Assembly: GCF_963921235.1 (NCBI RefSeq)
Contig: NC_086101.1
Coordinates: 1,612,001-1,676,000 of the forward strand
Direction of reading: 5' to 3'
Source of the DNA: Mobula hypostoma
Taxonomy: Eukaryota
Length of the DNA: 64,000 nucleotides
How positions within the stretch are numbered: position 1 is the first letter of the stretch; every line of letters begins with the position of its first letter. Below, in pieces: positions 49,580-62,952 of this stretch. The translations under genes and the position numbers were made by a program. The notes beneath the pieces were generated by a model. That model ran no database searches and had not been told where the DNA came from. It saw only the letters and a list, made by a program, of their open reading frames with translations.

Positions 49580-49793
49580 AGCAACACACATCAAATTTGC
49601 TGGTGAACACAGCAGGCCAGGCAGCATTTCTAGGAAGAAGTACAGTCGACGTTTCAGGCCGAGACCCTTCGTCAGGACTAACTGAAACGATGACTGTACC
49701 TCTTCCTAGAGATGCTGCCTGGCCTGCTGCATTCACCAGCAAATTTGATGTGTGTTGCTTGAATTTCCAGCATCTGCAGAATTCCTTGTGTTT
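49580..49793. mobile_element. Fold-back Penelope terminus
   Basis: 49580-49647 is inverted at ~49693-49760, around the hammerhead-containing loop. Confidence 0.75.
49644..49679 (-). ncRNA. Minimal type I hammerhead ribozyme, second intact copy
   Basis: Same 36-mer as 41721-41756. Confidence 0.8.
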
Positions 49794-50287
49794 ACATTTC
49801 AATTTAGCTTCTCTTCATATTTCAGTGTGAATTCGATCACATTATGATCTCTCTTCCCTAAGGATTCTTTTTCCTTGAGCTTTCTAATCAATTCTGGTTC
49901 ATTGAACAAAATCCTGTTCAGAATAGCTGATCCTTGTGAGGGCTTAATCATGAGCTACTCTCAAAAGCCATCTTGCAGGCACTCTAGAAAATCCCCCCGC
50001 CACACCCCGTAATCCAGCATCAACCTGGTTTTCCCAATCTCCCTGCATATTGAAGTTCCCCTTGACTATTGTAACATTGCCCTTTCGGCATGCATTTTCT
50101 GTCTCCCATTGTAATTTGTAGGGCACATCCTTACCACTGTTTGTACTGTTTGTCTTTTTACCCTTGCAGTTCCTTCGCTCTATCCACAACGATTCAACCC
50201 TTTGAACTCAATGTCACCTCTTTCTAATCATTTGATTTCACTTTTTACTGACAGAGCAATGCCGCCTCCTCTGCCTTCCAGCCTGTC

Positions 50288-53200
50288 CATAAGACCATAA
50301 GACAAAGGAGCAGAAGTAGGCCATTCGGCCCATCGAGTCTGCTCCGCCATTTTATCATGAGCTAATCCATTTTATCCTATTTAGTCCCACTACCCCGCCT
50401 TCTCACCATAACCTTTGATGCCCTGGCTACTCAGATACCTATCAATCTCTGCCTTAAATACACCCAATGACTTGGCCTCCACTGCTGCCCGTGGCAACAA
50501 ATTCCACAGATTCACCACCCTCTGACTAAAAAAATGTTTTCTCATTTCTGTTCTGAAAGGGCGCCCTTCAATCCTGAAGTCATGCCCTCTCGTACTAGAT
50601 TCCCCCATCATGGGAAACAACTTTGCCACATCCACTCTGTCCATGCCTTTTAACATTCGAAATGTTGCTATGAGGTCTCCCCTCATTCTTCTAAACTCCA
50701 AGGAATACAGTCCAAGAGCGGACAAACGTTCCTCATATGTTAACCCTCTCATTCCCGGAATCATTCTAGTGAATCTTCTCTGTACCCTCTCCAACGTCAG
50801 CACATCCTTTCTTAAATAAGGAGACCAAAACTGCCCACAGTACTCCAAGTGAGGTCTCACCAGCGCCTCATAGAGCCTGAACATCACATCCCTGCTCCTA
50901 TACTCTATTCCTCTAGAAATGAATGCCAACATTGCATTCGCCTTGTTCACTATGGACTCAACCTGGAGGTTGACTTTAAGAGAATCCTGTATGAGGACTC
51001 CCAAGTCCCGTTGCATCTCAGAACTTTGAATTCTTTCCCCATTTAAATAATAGTCTGCCCGTTTATTTTTTCTGCCAAAGTGCATAACCATACACTTTCC
51101 AACATTGTACTTCATTTGCCATTTCTCTGCCCATTCTTCCAATCTATCCAAGTCTCTCTGCAGACTCTCCGTTTCCTCAGCACTACCAGCCCCTCCACCT
51201 ATCTTCGTATCGTCAGCAAACTTACCACAAAGCCATCTATTCCATAATCCAAATCGTTGATGTACAATGTAAAAAGAAGCTGCCCCAACACTGATCCCTG
51301 TGGAACACCACTGGTAACCAGCAGCCAACCAGAATAGGATCATAGAAACATAGAAACATAGAAAATAGGTGCAGGAGTAGGCCATTCGGCCCTTCGAGCC
51401 TGCACCGCCATTTATTATGATCATGGCTGATCATCCAACTCAGAACCCCGCCCCAGCCTTCCCTCCATACCACCTGATCCCCGTAGCCACAAGGGCCATA
51501 TCTAACTCCCTCTTAAATATAGCCAATGAACTGGCCTCAGCTGTTTCCTGTGGCAGAGAATTCCACAGATTCACCACTCTCTGTGTGAAGAAGTTTTTCC
51601 TCATCTCGGTCCTAAAAGGCTTCCCCTTTATCCTCAAACTGTGACCCCTTGTTCTGGACTTCCCCAACATCGGGAACAATCTTCCTGCATCTAGCCTGTC
51701 CAATCCCTTTAGGATTTTATACGTTTCAATCAGATCCCCGCTCAATCTTCTAAATTCCAACGAGTACAAGCCCAGTTCATCCAGTCTTTCTTCATATGAA
51801 AGTCCTGCCATCCCAGGAATCAATCTAGTGAACCTTCTTTGTTCTCCCTCTATGGCAAGGATATCTTTCCTCAGATTAGGGGACCAAAACTGCACACAAT
51901 ACTCCAGGTGTGGTCTCACCAAGGCCTTGTACAACTGCAGTAGTACCTCCCTGCTCCTGTACTCGATTCCTCTCACTATAAATGCCAGCATACCATTCGC
52001 CTTTTTCACCACCTGCTGTACCTGCATGCCCACTTTCAATGACTGGTGTATAATGACACCCAGGTCTCGTTGCACCTCCCCTTTTCCTAATCGGCCACCA
52101 TTCAGATAATAATCTGTTTTCCTATTTTTGCCACCAAAGTGGATAACTTCACATTTATCCACATTAAATTGCATCTGCCATGAATTTGCCCACTCACCCA
52201 ACCTATCCAAGTCACTCTGCACCCTCTTAGCATCCTCCTCACAGCTAACACTGCCACCCAGCTTCGTGTCATCTGCAAACTTGGAGATGCTGCATTTAAT
52301 TCCCTCATCCAAGTCATTAATATATATTGTAAACAACTGGGGTCCCAGCACTGAGCCTTGCGGTACCCCATTAGTCACCGCCTGCCATTCTGAAAAGGTC
52401 CCGTTTATTCCCACTCTTTGCTTCCTGTCTGCTAACCAATTCTCCATCCACATCAATACCTTACCCCCAATACTGTGTGCTTTAAGTTTGCACACTAATC
52501 TCCTGTGTGGCACCTTGTCAAAAGCCTTTTGAAAATCCAAATATACCACATCCACTGGTTCTCCCCTATCCACTCTACTAGTTACATCCTCAAAAAATTC
52601 TATGAGATTCGTCAGACATGACTTTCCTTTCACAAATCCATGCTGACTTTGTCCGATGATTTCACCACTTTCCAAATGTGCTGTTATCACATCTTTGATA
52701 ATTGACTCCAGCCCCACCACCGACGTTAGGCTAACCGGTCTATAATTCCCTGGTTTCTCTCTCCCTCCTTTTTTAAAAAGTGGGGTTACATTAGCCACTC
52801 TCCAATCCTCAGGAACTAGTGCAGAATCTAACGAGTTTTGAAAAATTATCACTAATGCATCCACTATTTCTTGGGCTACTTCCTTAAGCACTCTAGGATG
52901 CAGACCATCTGGCCCTGGGGATTTATCTGCCTTCAATCCCTTCAATTTACCTAACACCACTTCCCTACTAACAAGTATTTCGCTCAGTTCCTCCATCTCA
53001 CTGGACCCCCTGCCCCTACTATTTCTGGAAGATTATTTATGTCCTCCTTAGTGAAGACAGAACCAAAGTAATTATTCAATTGGTCTGCCATGTCCTTGCT
53101 CCCCATAATCAATTCACCTGTTTCTGTCTGTAGGGGACCTACATTTGTCTTTACCAGTCTTTTCCTTTTTACATATCTATAAAAGCTTTTACAGTCAGTT

Positions 53201-55558
53201 TTTATGTTCCCTGCCAGTTTTCTCTCATAATCTTTTTTCCCCTTCCTAATTAAGCCCTTTGTCCTCCTCTGCTGAACTCTGAATTTCTCCCAGTCCTCAG
53301 GTGAGCCACTTTCTCTGGCTAATTTGTATGCTTCTTCTTTGGAATTGATACTATCCCTAATTTCTCTTGTCAGCCACAGGTGCACTACCTTCCTTGATTT
53401 ATTCTTTTGCCAAACTGGGATGAACAATTGTTGTAGTTCATCCATGCAATCTTTAAATGCTTGCCATTGCATATCCACCGTCAATCCTTTAAGTGTCATT
53501 TGCCAGTCTATCTTAGCTAATTCATGTCTCATACCTTCAAAGTTACCCCTCTTTAAGTTCAGAACCTTTATTCCCACTCTCTGTTTCCTGCCAATCAGCC
53601 AACGCTCTATGCACGTATGTAACTTTCCTGTAATTCCATGGGCTCTTATCTTGTTAAGCAGCCTCATGTGTGGCACCTTGTCAAAGGCCATCTGAAAATC
53701 CAAATATACAACATCCACTGCATCTCCCTTGTCTAGCCTACTGGTAATTTCCTCAAAGAATTGTAATAGGTTTGTCAGGCAGGATTTTCCTTTAAGGAAA
53801 CCATGCTGAGTTCTGCCTATCTTGTCATATGCCTCCAGGTACTCTGTAACCTCATCCTTGACAATCGACTCCAACAACTTTCCAACCATCGACGTCAAGC
53901 TAACAGGTCTATAATTTCCTTTTTGCTTCCTTGCCCCCTTCTTAAATAGCGGAGTGACATTTGCAATCTTCCAGTCTTCCGGAACCATGCCAGAATCTAT
54001 CGACTTTTGAAAGATCATCGCTAATGCCTCCGCAATCTCCACAGCTACTTCCTTCAGAACACGAGGGTGCATTCCATCTGGTCCAGGAGATTTATCGACC
54101 TTTAGCCTATTCAGCTTCCTGAGTACTTTCTCTGTCGTAATTGTGACTGCGCACACTTCTCTTCCCTGCCACCCTTGAGTGTCCGGTATCCTGCTGTCTT
54201 CCTCAGTGAAGAATGATGCAAAATACTTGTTCAGTTCCTCTGCCATCTCCTCATCTCCCATTACAATTTCTCCAGTATCATTTTCTATCGGTCCTATATC
54301 TACTCTCACCTGTCTTTTACTCTTTATATACTTGACAAAGCTTTTAGTATCCTCTTTGATATTATTTGCTAGTTTCCTTTCATAGTTAATCTTTTCTCTC
54401 TTAATGACCTTCTTGGTTTCCTTTTGTAAGGTTTTAAAGACTTCCCAATCCTCTGTCTTCCCACTAATTTTTGCTTCCTTGTATGCCCTCTCCTTAGCTT
54501 TAACTTTGGCTTTGACTTCTCTTGTCAACCACGGTTGCAACCTTTTTCCACTCGAAAATTTCTTCTTTTTTGGAATATACCTGTCTTGCTCATTCCTCAT
54601 TTCTCGCATAAACTCCAGCCACTGCTGCTCTGCCGTCTTTCCCGCCAGTGTCTCTTTCCAGTCAACTTTGGCCAGTTCCTCTCTCATGCCACTGTAGTTT
54701 CCTTTACTCCACTGAAATACCGACACATCAGATTTCGGCTTCTCTTTTTCTAATTTCACAGTGAACTCAATCATGTTATGATCACTGTCTCCTAAGGGTT
54801 CCTTCACCTCAATCTCTCCAATCACCTCCGGTTCATTACACAATACCCAATCCAGTACAGCCGATCTCCTAGTGGGCTCAACAACAAGCTGTTCTAAAAA
54901 GCCATCTCGCAGACATTCTACAAATTCTCTCTCTTGAGATCCAGTGCCGACCTGATTTTTCCAATCTACTCGCATGTTAAAATCCCCCACAATTATCATA
55001 ACACTGCCCTTCTGACAAGCCTTTTCTATTTCCTGTTGTAATTTGTAGTCCACATCCCTGCAGCTGTTTGGAGCTATAAATAACTGCCATCAGGGTCCTT
55101 TTACCCCTGCTATTCCTTAGCTCAACCCATTAAGATTCTGCACCTTCCGATCCTATATCACCTCTTTCTAATGATTTAATATCATTTCTTACCAATAAAG
55201 CCACGCCTCCCCCTCTGCCTACCTTCCTATCCTTCCGATACACCGTGTATCCTTGGACGTTCAGCTCCCAGAGACATGCATCCTTTAGCCAGGTCTCAGT
55301 GATGGCCACAATATCATACCTGCCAATCTGTAGCAGTACAACAAGATCATCCACCTTATTTCTTATGCTGCGTGCATTTAAGTACAACACCTTAAGACCA
55401 GCATTTGGTACTTTTTGCTTTGATTTCACTGCAACACTATTGCACTGCAACTCATCCCAGTGGCTACAAATTTGCCCCATCACCTGCCTGTCTTTCCTGA
55501 CATCTTTACTGCTCACTATCTTAGATTTATTTCTGTTTTCCCCTTCCTCCGCTCTATC
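50288..55558 (-). mobile_element. Young CR1 (same family as 44230-47233) split by a second CR1
   Basis: Host parts are 53566-55558 and 50288-51340; ORF 52984-55053 matches the translation of the 44.2-46.2 kb copy up to GRKQRVGIK. Confidence 0.92.
51341..53565 (-). mobile_element. Nested 5'-truncated CR1 with a nearly intact RT (518-aa ORF)
   Basis: ORF 51440-52996 with [21 protein letters not shown] and FADD; (tttctatg)n tail at 51341; same family as the 41.1-42.3 kb arms. Confidence 0.92.
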
Positions 55559-55709
55559 AATGTGTATTCTTGGACATTAAGCTCCCAGCTATAATCTTTC
55601 AGCCATGATGCAGTGATGCCTACAATGTCACACCAGCCAACCTGCAACTGTGCTGCAAGTTCATTTACCTTATGCTATATAGTATGCACATTTAAATACG
55701 ACACCTTCA

Positions 55710-56282
55710 GACACAAACAAGTGAAAATCTGCAGCTGCTGGAATTCCAAGAAACGCACAGAAAATGCTGGAGGAACTCAGCAGGCCAGGCAGCATCTATG
55801 GAATAGACCTCAGTTGACGTTTCAGGCTCAGACCCTTCAGCAGCACTGGAGACAGAAAAGATGAGTAGCTTTAAAAGGTGGGGAGAGGGAGGGGAGGGAG
55901 AAACACAAGGAGATCGGTGAAATCTGGAGGGGGAGGGGTGAAGTGGATTGGTGAGAGATACAGGGCTGGAAAAGAGTTAATCTGATAGGAGAGGACAGAA
56001 AATGGGGAGGAGGAGCATCAGAGGGTGGCGATGGGCAGGCAAGGAGATAAGATGAGAGAGGGAAAGGGGGGCATTACTGGAAGTTCAAGAAATCGATGTT
56101 AATGCCATCAGGTTGGAGTACCCAGGCAGAAGGTGTTGTTCCTCCAACCTGAGTGTAGCCTCATGGTGACAGCAGAGGAGGCCATGAATTGACATATCGG
56201 AATGGGAAGTAGAACTGAAATGGGAGATTCTGCTTCTTCTGGCGTATGGAGTGTTGGTACTCAGCGAAGCAGTCTCCCAATA
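55710..56282 (-). mobile_element. Penelope-like element 3' part: GIY-YIG C-terminus, pyrimidine-rich UTR and terminus with degenerate hammerhead
   Basis: HFSSTSHSDMSIHGLLCCHHEATLRLEEQHL; degenerate core CUGCUGA...GAAACGUC at ~55812-55847. Confidence 0.7.
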
Positions 56283-57660
56283 CATGCTTTCAGTCCTGTT
56301 TTCATCTTTTTTGATTTTATCTGCCTTTTACATTGCAACTCATCTTGTTGACTGCAATTTTGTCCTATCAACAACCTCTCCTCACTACACATTGCCTCTG
56401 TTTGTAAACCTGCTACCTCACCTTTAGCACTATCATCCGCCTTTCCTATGATACTTCTTGCGACGAAATGTATGCAGCAGCTCAGCACACTAGTCGCACC
56501 ATGCTCATCCTTATGATTCCTAACTTTGTCTAAAGTCTTACCAACGTCTGCCTCCACCGCCTGTCCACTAACCGTTCTGACACTCTGGTTCCCTTCCCCC
56601 TGCTAAACACTCTTGTTTAAACACCACTGTGGAGCGTTAACAAATCTTCCCTCCAGTTCAGGTGCAAACCATCCCTTCTGTACAGATCCCACGTTCCCTG
56701 GAAAAGAGACGAAATTTTATGCCCTCCCTTAACTCCTTAACCACGTATTAATCTTCTCGTTCTGGCCTCACATGTACGTGGTACGGATAGCAATCCTGGA
56801 AGTCCCGTCCTTTAACTTAGCATCAACTTACTTTGCAGAACCTCATCACTCGTCCTACGCCTGTCATTTTTACCTACATGGATCATGACTCCTGGCTGTT
56901 CACCCTCTCACAAGAATGCTGAGGACTCGATTCAAGATATCCCGGACCCTGACGCCCGGGATGCAACATACCATCCAGGAATCTCGTTCTTGCCCACAGA
57001 GCCTCCTGTCCATTCTCTTCACTAACAAATCCCCTATCACCACAGCATACCTCTTCTCCTTCCCTTCCCGGAGTCAGATCCAGACTTCAGTGCCAGAGAT
57101 CTGATCATGTGATTTTCCTCTTGTTAGGTCTGCCCAACAGTATCCAAAGTGTTGTGTCTGCTGTTCAGAGGAATGGCCACAGGTGTACTTTGTATTGGCT
57201 CCTTAACCCCTTTCCCCTTCCTGACTGTCACCGAGTTTCCTGTGTCCTGCACTCTATATGTCCTATCTATCACTCCTTCATCCTCCCAATTCATCCAGTT
57301 CCAGCCCCAACTCCTTAATGCATTTTGTTAGAAGCTGCGGCTGGAAGGACTTCTCACAGTGTAGTCATCAGAGACACTGGAGGTCTCCCTGCTTCCCACA
57401 TCTCCCAAGGGGTGCATTACAATATCCTGCCTGACATCTCTACTGTCCTAGCTGAGCAAATAAGGCAGAGAAGGAAAAAAACTTGAGCTTTTCTTTCCTT
57501 TGCTTTCTCTGAGTGAGACCTCTCTTCTCTGTAGCTTCAAAGAGCTAAAGCCTTAAGCTCACCACTCTGACGTGTCCTTTCTGAAGACCGCCTTTGTGCT
57601 TGCCCCTGCCTTCCTTTAATTTGCTCTTACTAATCAATCCCAAACACCGACTGGTCACTG
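56283..57660 (-). mobile_element. Old CR1 5' part (ORF1 remnant)
   Basis: Degenerate similarity to the ORF1 region at 28470-29480. Confidence 0.65.
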
Positions 57661-57966
57661 GTCAAAGCTCTATGATGTTGCTGCGATTCACTCCCGCCTT
57701 TTATCCTCAGGCAGTGGACCTGATTGAAGACCACTCCTCTCCAAACCTCTGATATCTGGATTCACCGCTGATCAAAGCTCTATTACATTGCCGAGACCTG
57801 CTTTTGCCTTTTATCCTCAGGCAGTGGACATGATTAAAGTGCCCTCCTCTCCAAACCTCTGATATCTGGATTCACCGCTGATCAAAGCTCTATTACATTG
57901 CCGAGACCTGCTTTTGCCTTTTATCCTCAGGCAGTGGACATGATTAAAGTGCCCTCCTCTCCAAAC
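57660..57966. repeat. 110-bp tandem repeat, ~2.8 copies
   Basis: ttatcctcaggcagtggac at 57701, 57811 and 57921. Confidence 0.9.
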
Positions 57967-59319
57967 ATACAGTGTCTGGACTGGCTGCAGGTCAAAGCAC
58001 AATACTTGTAGTATTGTCAGCAATTTTGGGTCTCTTATCTTAGGATGTACCGATAGTGGAGGGTGTTCAAAGGATGTTCACAAAAATTATTCAGGGATTG
58101 AAAATCTAGTCATAGGAAGAGCATTTGATGGCTCTGGGCCTCTACACAAAGTTCAAAGATCACTGGAATTTAGAAGAATCAGAGATGACCTCATTCAATG
58201 ATCTTAATAAGAGGAATAGATAGAGTGGATAGCCAGCGCCTCTTCCCCAGGGCACCACTGCTCAATACAAGAGGACATGGCTTTAAGGTAAGGGGGTGGG
58301 AAGTTCAAGGGGGATATTAGAGGAAGGTTTTTTACTCAGAGAGTGGTTGGTGCGTGGAATGCACTGCCTGAGTCAGTGGTGGAGGCAGATACACTAGTGA
58401 AGTTTAAGAGACTACTAGACAGGTATATGGAGGAATTTAAGGTGGGGGCTTATATGGGAGGCAGGGTTTGAGGGTCGGCACAACATTGTGGGCCGAAGGG
58501 CCTGTACTGTGCTGTACTATTCTATGTTCTATGTTCTTAAATGTTGAAATGCCTCAACAGAGTAGATGTGGACAGGATACTTCCTGTGGTGGGGAGTCTA
58601 ACACCAGAAGGTCTGTTTAGAACAGAGATGAGGTGCAATTTCTTTAGCCAGAGCATGGGAATTTGTTGCCACAGGTAGCTGTGGAAGCCAAGTCATTGGG
58701 TATATTTAAGGCAGAGGTTGATAGATCCTTGGCTAGTCAGCTCATGAAGGGATATGAGGAGAAGGCACAATATTGTGGTGAAGTTAATGATGAAACATAG
58801 AAAACCTACAGCACAATAAAGGCCCTTCAGCCCACAATGTACTTACTTAGAAATTACCAAAGGTTACCCATAGCTATTTATTTTTCTAAGCTCCATGTAC
58901 CTATCCAGGAGTCTCTTAAAAGACCCTATTGTATCCACCTACACCACCGTCGCCGGCAGCCCATTCCACGCATTCACTACTGTCTGCATAAAAAAAACTT
59001 ACCCCTGACATCTCCACTGTACCTACCTGCAAGCAGCCACCTGAGCACCATCCTCTGCCGAGCGCTTCGACCCCGCCCCGGCTGCCGAGCAACAAGCAAA
59101 GCCGAGGACTCGGGGCCTTCTCCGGAGATTCTGGATCGCACAGTAGCAGCGGCAGCAAAGAAGGCATTTCAGAAGTTTCTCCAGATGTTCCTCCGTGCTC
59201 TCACGTCTGTCTCCATCAAATCAGGATTGTGCACGGCACCCTACTTGACAGATTACAGATATCATTCACCGGAGTGGCCGTTTGCGCTGCGTCGCGCCGC
59301 CATCTTCTCCTCCTCCCTT

Positions 59320-61690
59320 CGTTGCTTTTTAAAGTTTTGCCAGTCTTCCAGTTTCCCACTACTCTTGGCGACTTTGTATGAACAGTCTTTTAGTTTGTAT
59401 TCTTCTTTTATTTCCTTAGTTCTGCAAGACTGGTTCTCCCCATCCTTACTATCCTTGCTTTTAACTGGAATATACTTTTAATATGCACCGGGAAAAATCT
59501 TCCACTGTTTCTCAACTGACCCACCATATAGCCTGTGTTCCCAATCTACACCAGCCAAGCCCTCCCCCATCCCATTGTAGCCTCCATAGTTTAGGCGTAA
59601 TACACTGATTTTAGATTGAACTATTTCACCCTCCATTTGTATGAGAAATTCAGCCATACTGTGAGCACTCTTTCCAAGAGGATCCCTAATTACAAGATCA
59701 CTAATTTCACCTGTGATATTGTACAGGACAAGATCTAAGATAACATGTTCCCTTGTAGGTTCAGTAACATGCTGTTCAAGAAAGCCATCATGAATGCATT
59801 CAATGAAGTCCTTCTCAAGACTGCCTCGACCAACTTGATTCACCCAATTTATATGCAAGTTAAAGACCCCCATGATAACTGCTGTTCCATTCTTACATGC
59901 CTCAGATATTTCTCTTTATTGCCTGTGCCACTGTAATGTTATTATTCCGTGGCCAATAGACAACTCCCACCGATTTTTTTCCCCTTACTATTCCTAATCT
60001 CTACCGAGGTGGATTCAGTATTCTGCTTCTTAGATCTTGTATCCTCGCTCACTATTGCCCTGATTTCATCCTTAATCAAGAGCCCTACTACACATCCCTT
60101 ACCTTCCGTTCTATCCTTCTATATTACCTGATATCCTTGGATATTTAATTCCTAGCCCTCTCCACCCTGCAATATGTCTTTGTAATGGCCATTAAATCAT
60201 ATCTCTTTGTACTGATTTATGTCACAAGTACTGATCTTGATCCGAATACTATGGGCATTCAAATAAAGTGCCCTTACACTCAATGTGCTTTTAAAATCTT
60301 GTAATCTTTTTCTCTTTTGCACTTGACTTTTCTTCATTCCACTCTTACTTCTCTTTTTTTATCTTTTGCTTTTACTTTATCTTTATCCACACCTTTCTCT
60401 TTTACTTTATCCATACTTCTCCAATCTTTCGAACCCACCCCCTCCCCCCACCATTTAATTTGAAGCCCTATCCACAGTCCCAGTAATTCAATTCGCTGGG
60501 ATCCAAGTCCCATCACGGTTTATTTGGACCCCATCACATTGGAACAACTCCCTCCTTCCCCAATATTGGTGCCAATTTCCCATGGATTCAAATCCACTTC
60601 TCCCACACCAATCCTTAAGCCACACATTTAACTCTCTAATCTTCTTGACCATATGCCAATTTGCGTGTGGCTCAGGTAGTAATCCAGAGATTACTACCTT
60701 TTTGGTTCTGCTTTTTAATTTAGTCCCTAGCTGCTCAAATTCCCTCAGCAGAACCTCTTTCCTTGTTCTACCTATGTTGTGGATACCCACATGGACCACA
60801 ACAACTGGATCTTTCCCCTCCCACTGCAAATTCCTCTGCCTGTCAGATAAAATGTTCCGAACCCAGGCACCAGGCAGATAACTCAGCCTTTGGGGTGCTA
60901 TATCCTCGCAACAGAGAACTCTGTCTATTCGGCTGACTATACTATCCCCAATTACCACTACATTTCTCTTCTCTTCCCCTCTCCTGAATGGTTCCCTGAA
61001 CCACAGTGCCACAGTTAGGTTGCTCATCCTACCTACAACCCCACTCTCACCCACACAGGGAGCAAGAATCTCAGATCTGTTGGACAAGCTCAAGGGCGGA
61101 GGCTCCTCTGGCACTGTCTCTTGGATCCCACTACTGACCTCACCCACAGTCAGACCCTCTTGTCCCTGACCACAGACCGAATTTGAGGCCGCTAATCTAA
61201 TGGGTGTGCCTACCTCCTGAAACAGAGAATCCAGGTAACTCTCCCCCTCCCTGATGTGCCTCAGTGTTTGAAGCTCAGATTCCAGTTCATCAACTTTGAG
61301 CCTGAGTTCCTCGAGCAGCCAACGCTTGCTGCAGATGTGGTCACCAGGAACCACAATGGGGTCCACCAGCTCCCACATCATGCAGCTACAGCACACCATC
61401 TCATCCTGCATCATCCCTACTTGATTTAATTAGCCGTAATTTGGTGACTTTTTATTCAAACACTACAAAAGTCGTACCTGCTCCCAAGCTCCCACTCCTG
61501 CACTGGTCCACTCACACAATGGCCGTTCTGATTTGACCCTGCTTTACTTTTATTTCCTCCTGCTAATGAATTGCGAATCAATTGGTCCATCGCTAATGTG
61601 CCGATCCCCGCAAAACGCTCCTATTTTAAACCCTACTCCCCGACCTGTGCGAAGCTCTCTCTCTCTCTTGGAATCGACTGATCCACTGCT
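59320..61690 (-). mobile_element. CR1 5' half: ORF1 (CxxC..CxxC, coiled coil, SGNH esterase) and degenerate endonuclease
   Basis: ORF 60488-61414: CCSCMMWE..HICSKR..LEELRLKVDELESEL, VVIGDSIVS, VVHVGIHN. Confidence 0.88.
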
Positions 61691-61694
61691 AATG

Positions 61695-62865
61695 CAGGTA
61701 GGTAGTGCTGAGGAAGCAATGCAATTGCAGGACTTAGACAGATTGGAAAACTGGGTAAAAGAGTAGCAGATGGAATACAAATGTACGATCATGCATTTTG
61801 GTAAACGGAAGAATAGTGCAGACTATTATCTGTATGGGGAGAAAGTTCAAGCATCAGAGATGAAGAGGGACTTGGGAGTCCTCGTGCAAGACTCCCATAA
61901 TGTTAATATATAGGTAGAGTCTGTGGTTAAAAATAGGCAAATGTCGGCATTTATTTCAAGATAAATAGAATATAAAAGTTAGGAGATAATGCTGAGGCTT
62001 TAGAAAGACACCAGTCAGGCCTGTCAACAGTTTTGGGCCCCATATCTCAGAAAGGATGCGTTGTCATTCAAGAACGTCCAGAGGAGCTTCTTAAGGATAG
62101 TCCTGGGAATGAAGGGGTTAAGATATGAGGAGCATTTGGCAGCTTTGGGCCTGTACTCACTGGAATTTAGAAGAATATGTGGGGATCTCATTGAAACCTC
62201 CCAATGTTGAAAGGAATGGATACGGTGAATATGAATGTGGAGAGGATTTTTCCTGTGGTGGGAGTATCGAGAACTAGAGGACATAGCCTCAAAATTGAGG
62301 GGCAAACAAAGGTAAAGAGAATTCTTTTTTTAGCCAGAGAATAGTGAATCTGTGGATTGCTCTGCCACAGACCGCAGTGGAGGACAAGTCTGTGGGTATA
62401 CTTAAAGCAGAAGCTGGTAGTTTCCTATTGGTCAGGGCATCAAAGGATATGGTGAGAAGACAGGTGTATGGGATCGAGTGGGATCCAGGATCAGCCATGA
62501 AGAAATGGGCTGAATGGCCTAATTCTGCTCCTGTCTTATGGAGCATGAACCAGTCTTCACTGAGGGATTAGCTGTGGAGAGAATGAGAAATTTCAAGTTC
62601 TTGAGTATCAATATCTCTGGAGACCTCTCCTGGACACAACATATTGATGCAGCTGTAAAGAAGGCAAGACAGTGGCTATATTTCACAGGGAGTTTGAGGA
62701 GATTTGATATGTCACCAAAAACACTCACAAATTTCTACGGATATGCTGTGGAGAGCATTCTCACTGGCTGCATCACCGACTGGTATGGGGGAGTGAATGC
62801 ACAGGATCAAAGTAAACTGCAGAGAGTTGTTCAATTGATCAGCTTCAACATGGTCACTAGCCTAT
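61695..62865 (+). mobile_element. Degenerate CR1 3' part followed by a Rex1-type fragment (~62545-62865)
   Basis: CR1 3' UTR motif tggcctaattctgctcct; VERMRNFKFL and VESILTGCIT. Confidence 0.8.
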
Positions 62866-62952
62866 TTAACCTTGCATTTGAGTTCTATCAGAGAAAATAT
62901 TAATATGATCAGTTCCTCATTTTAACCAACAATATGTGTTCTATCCCAACAG

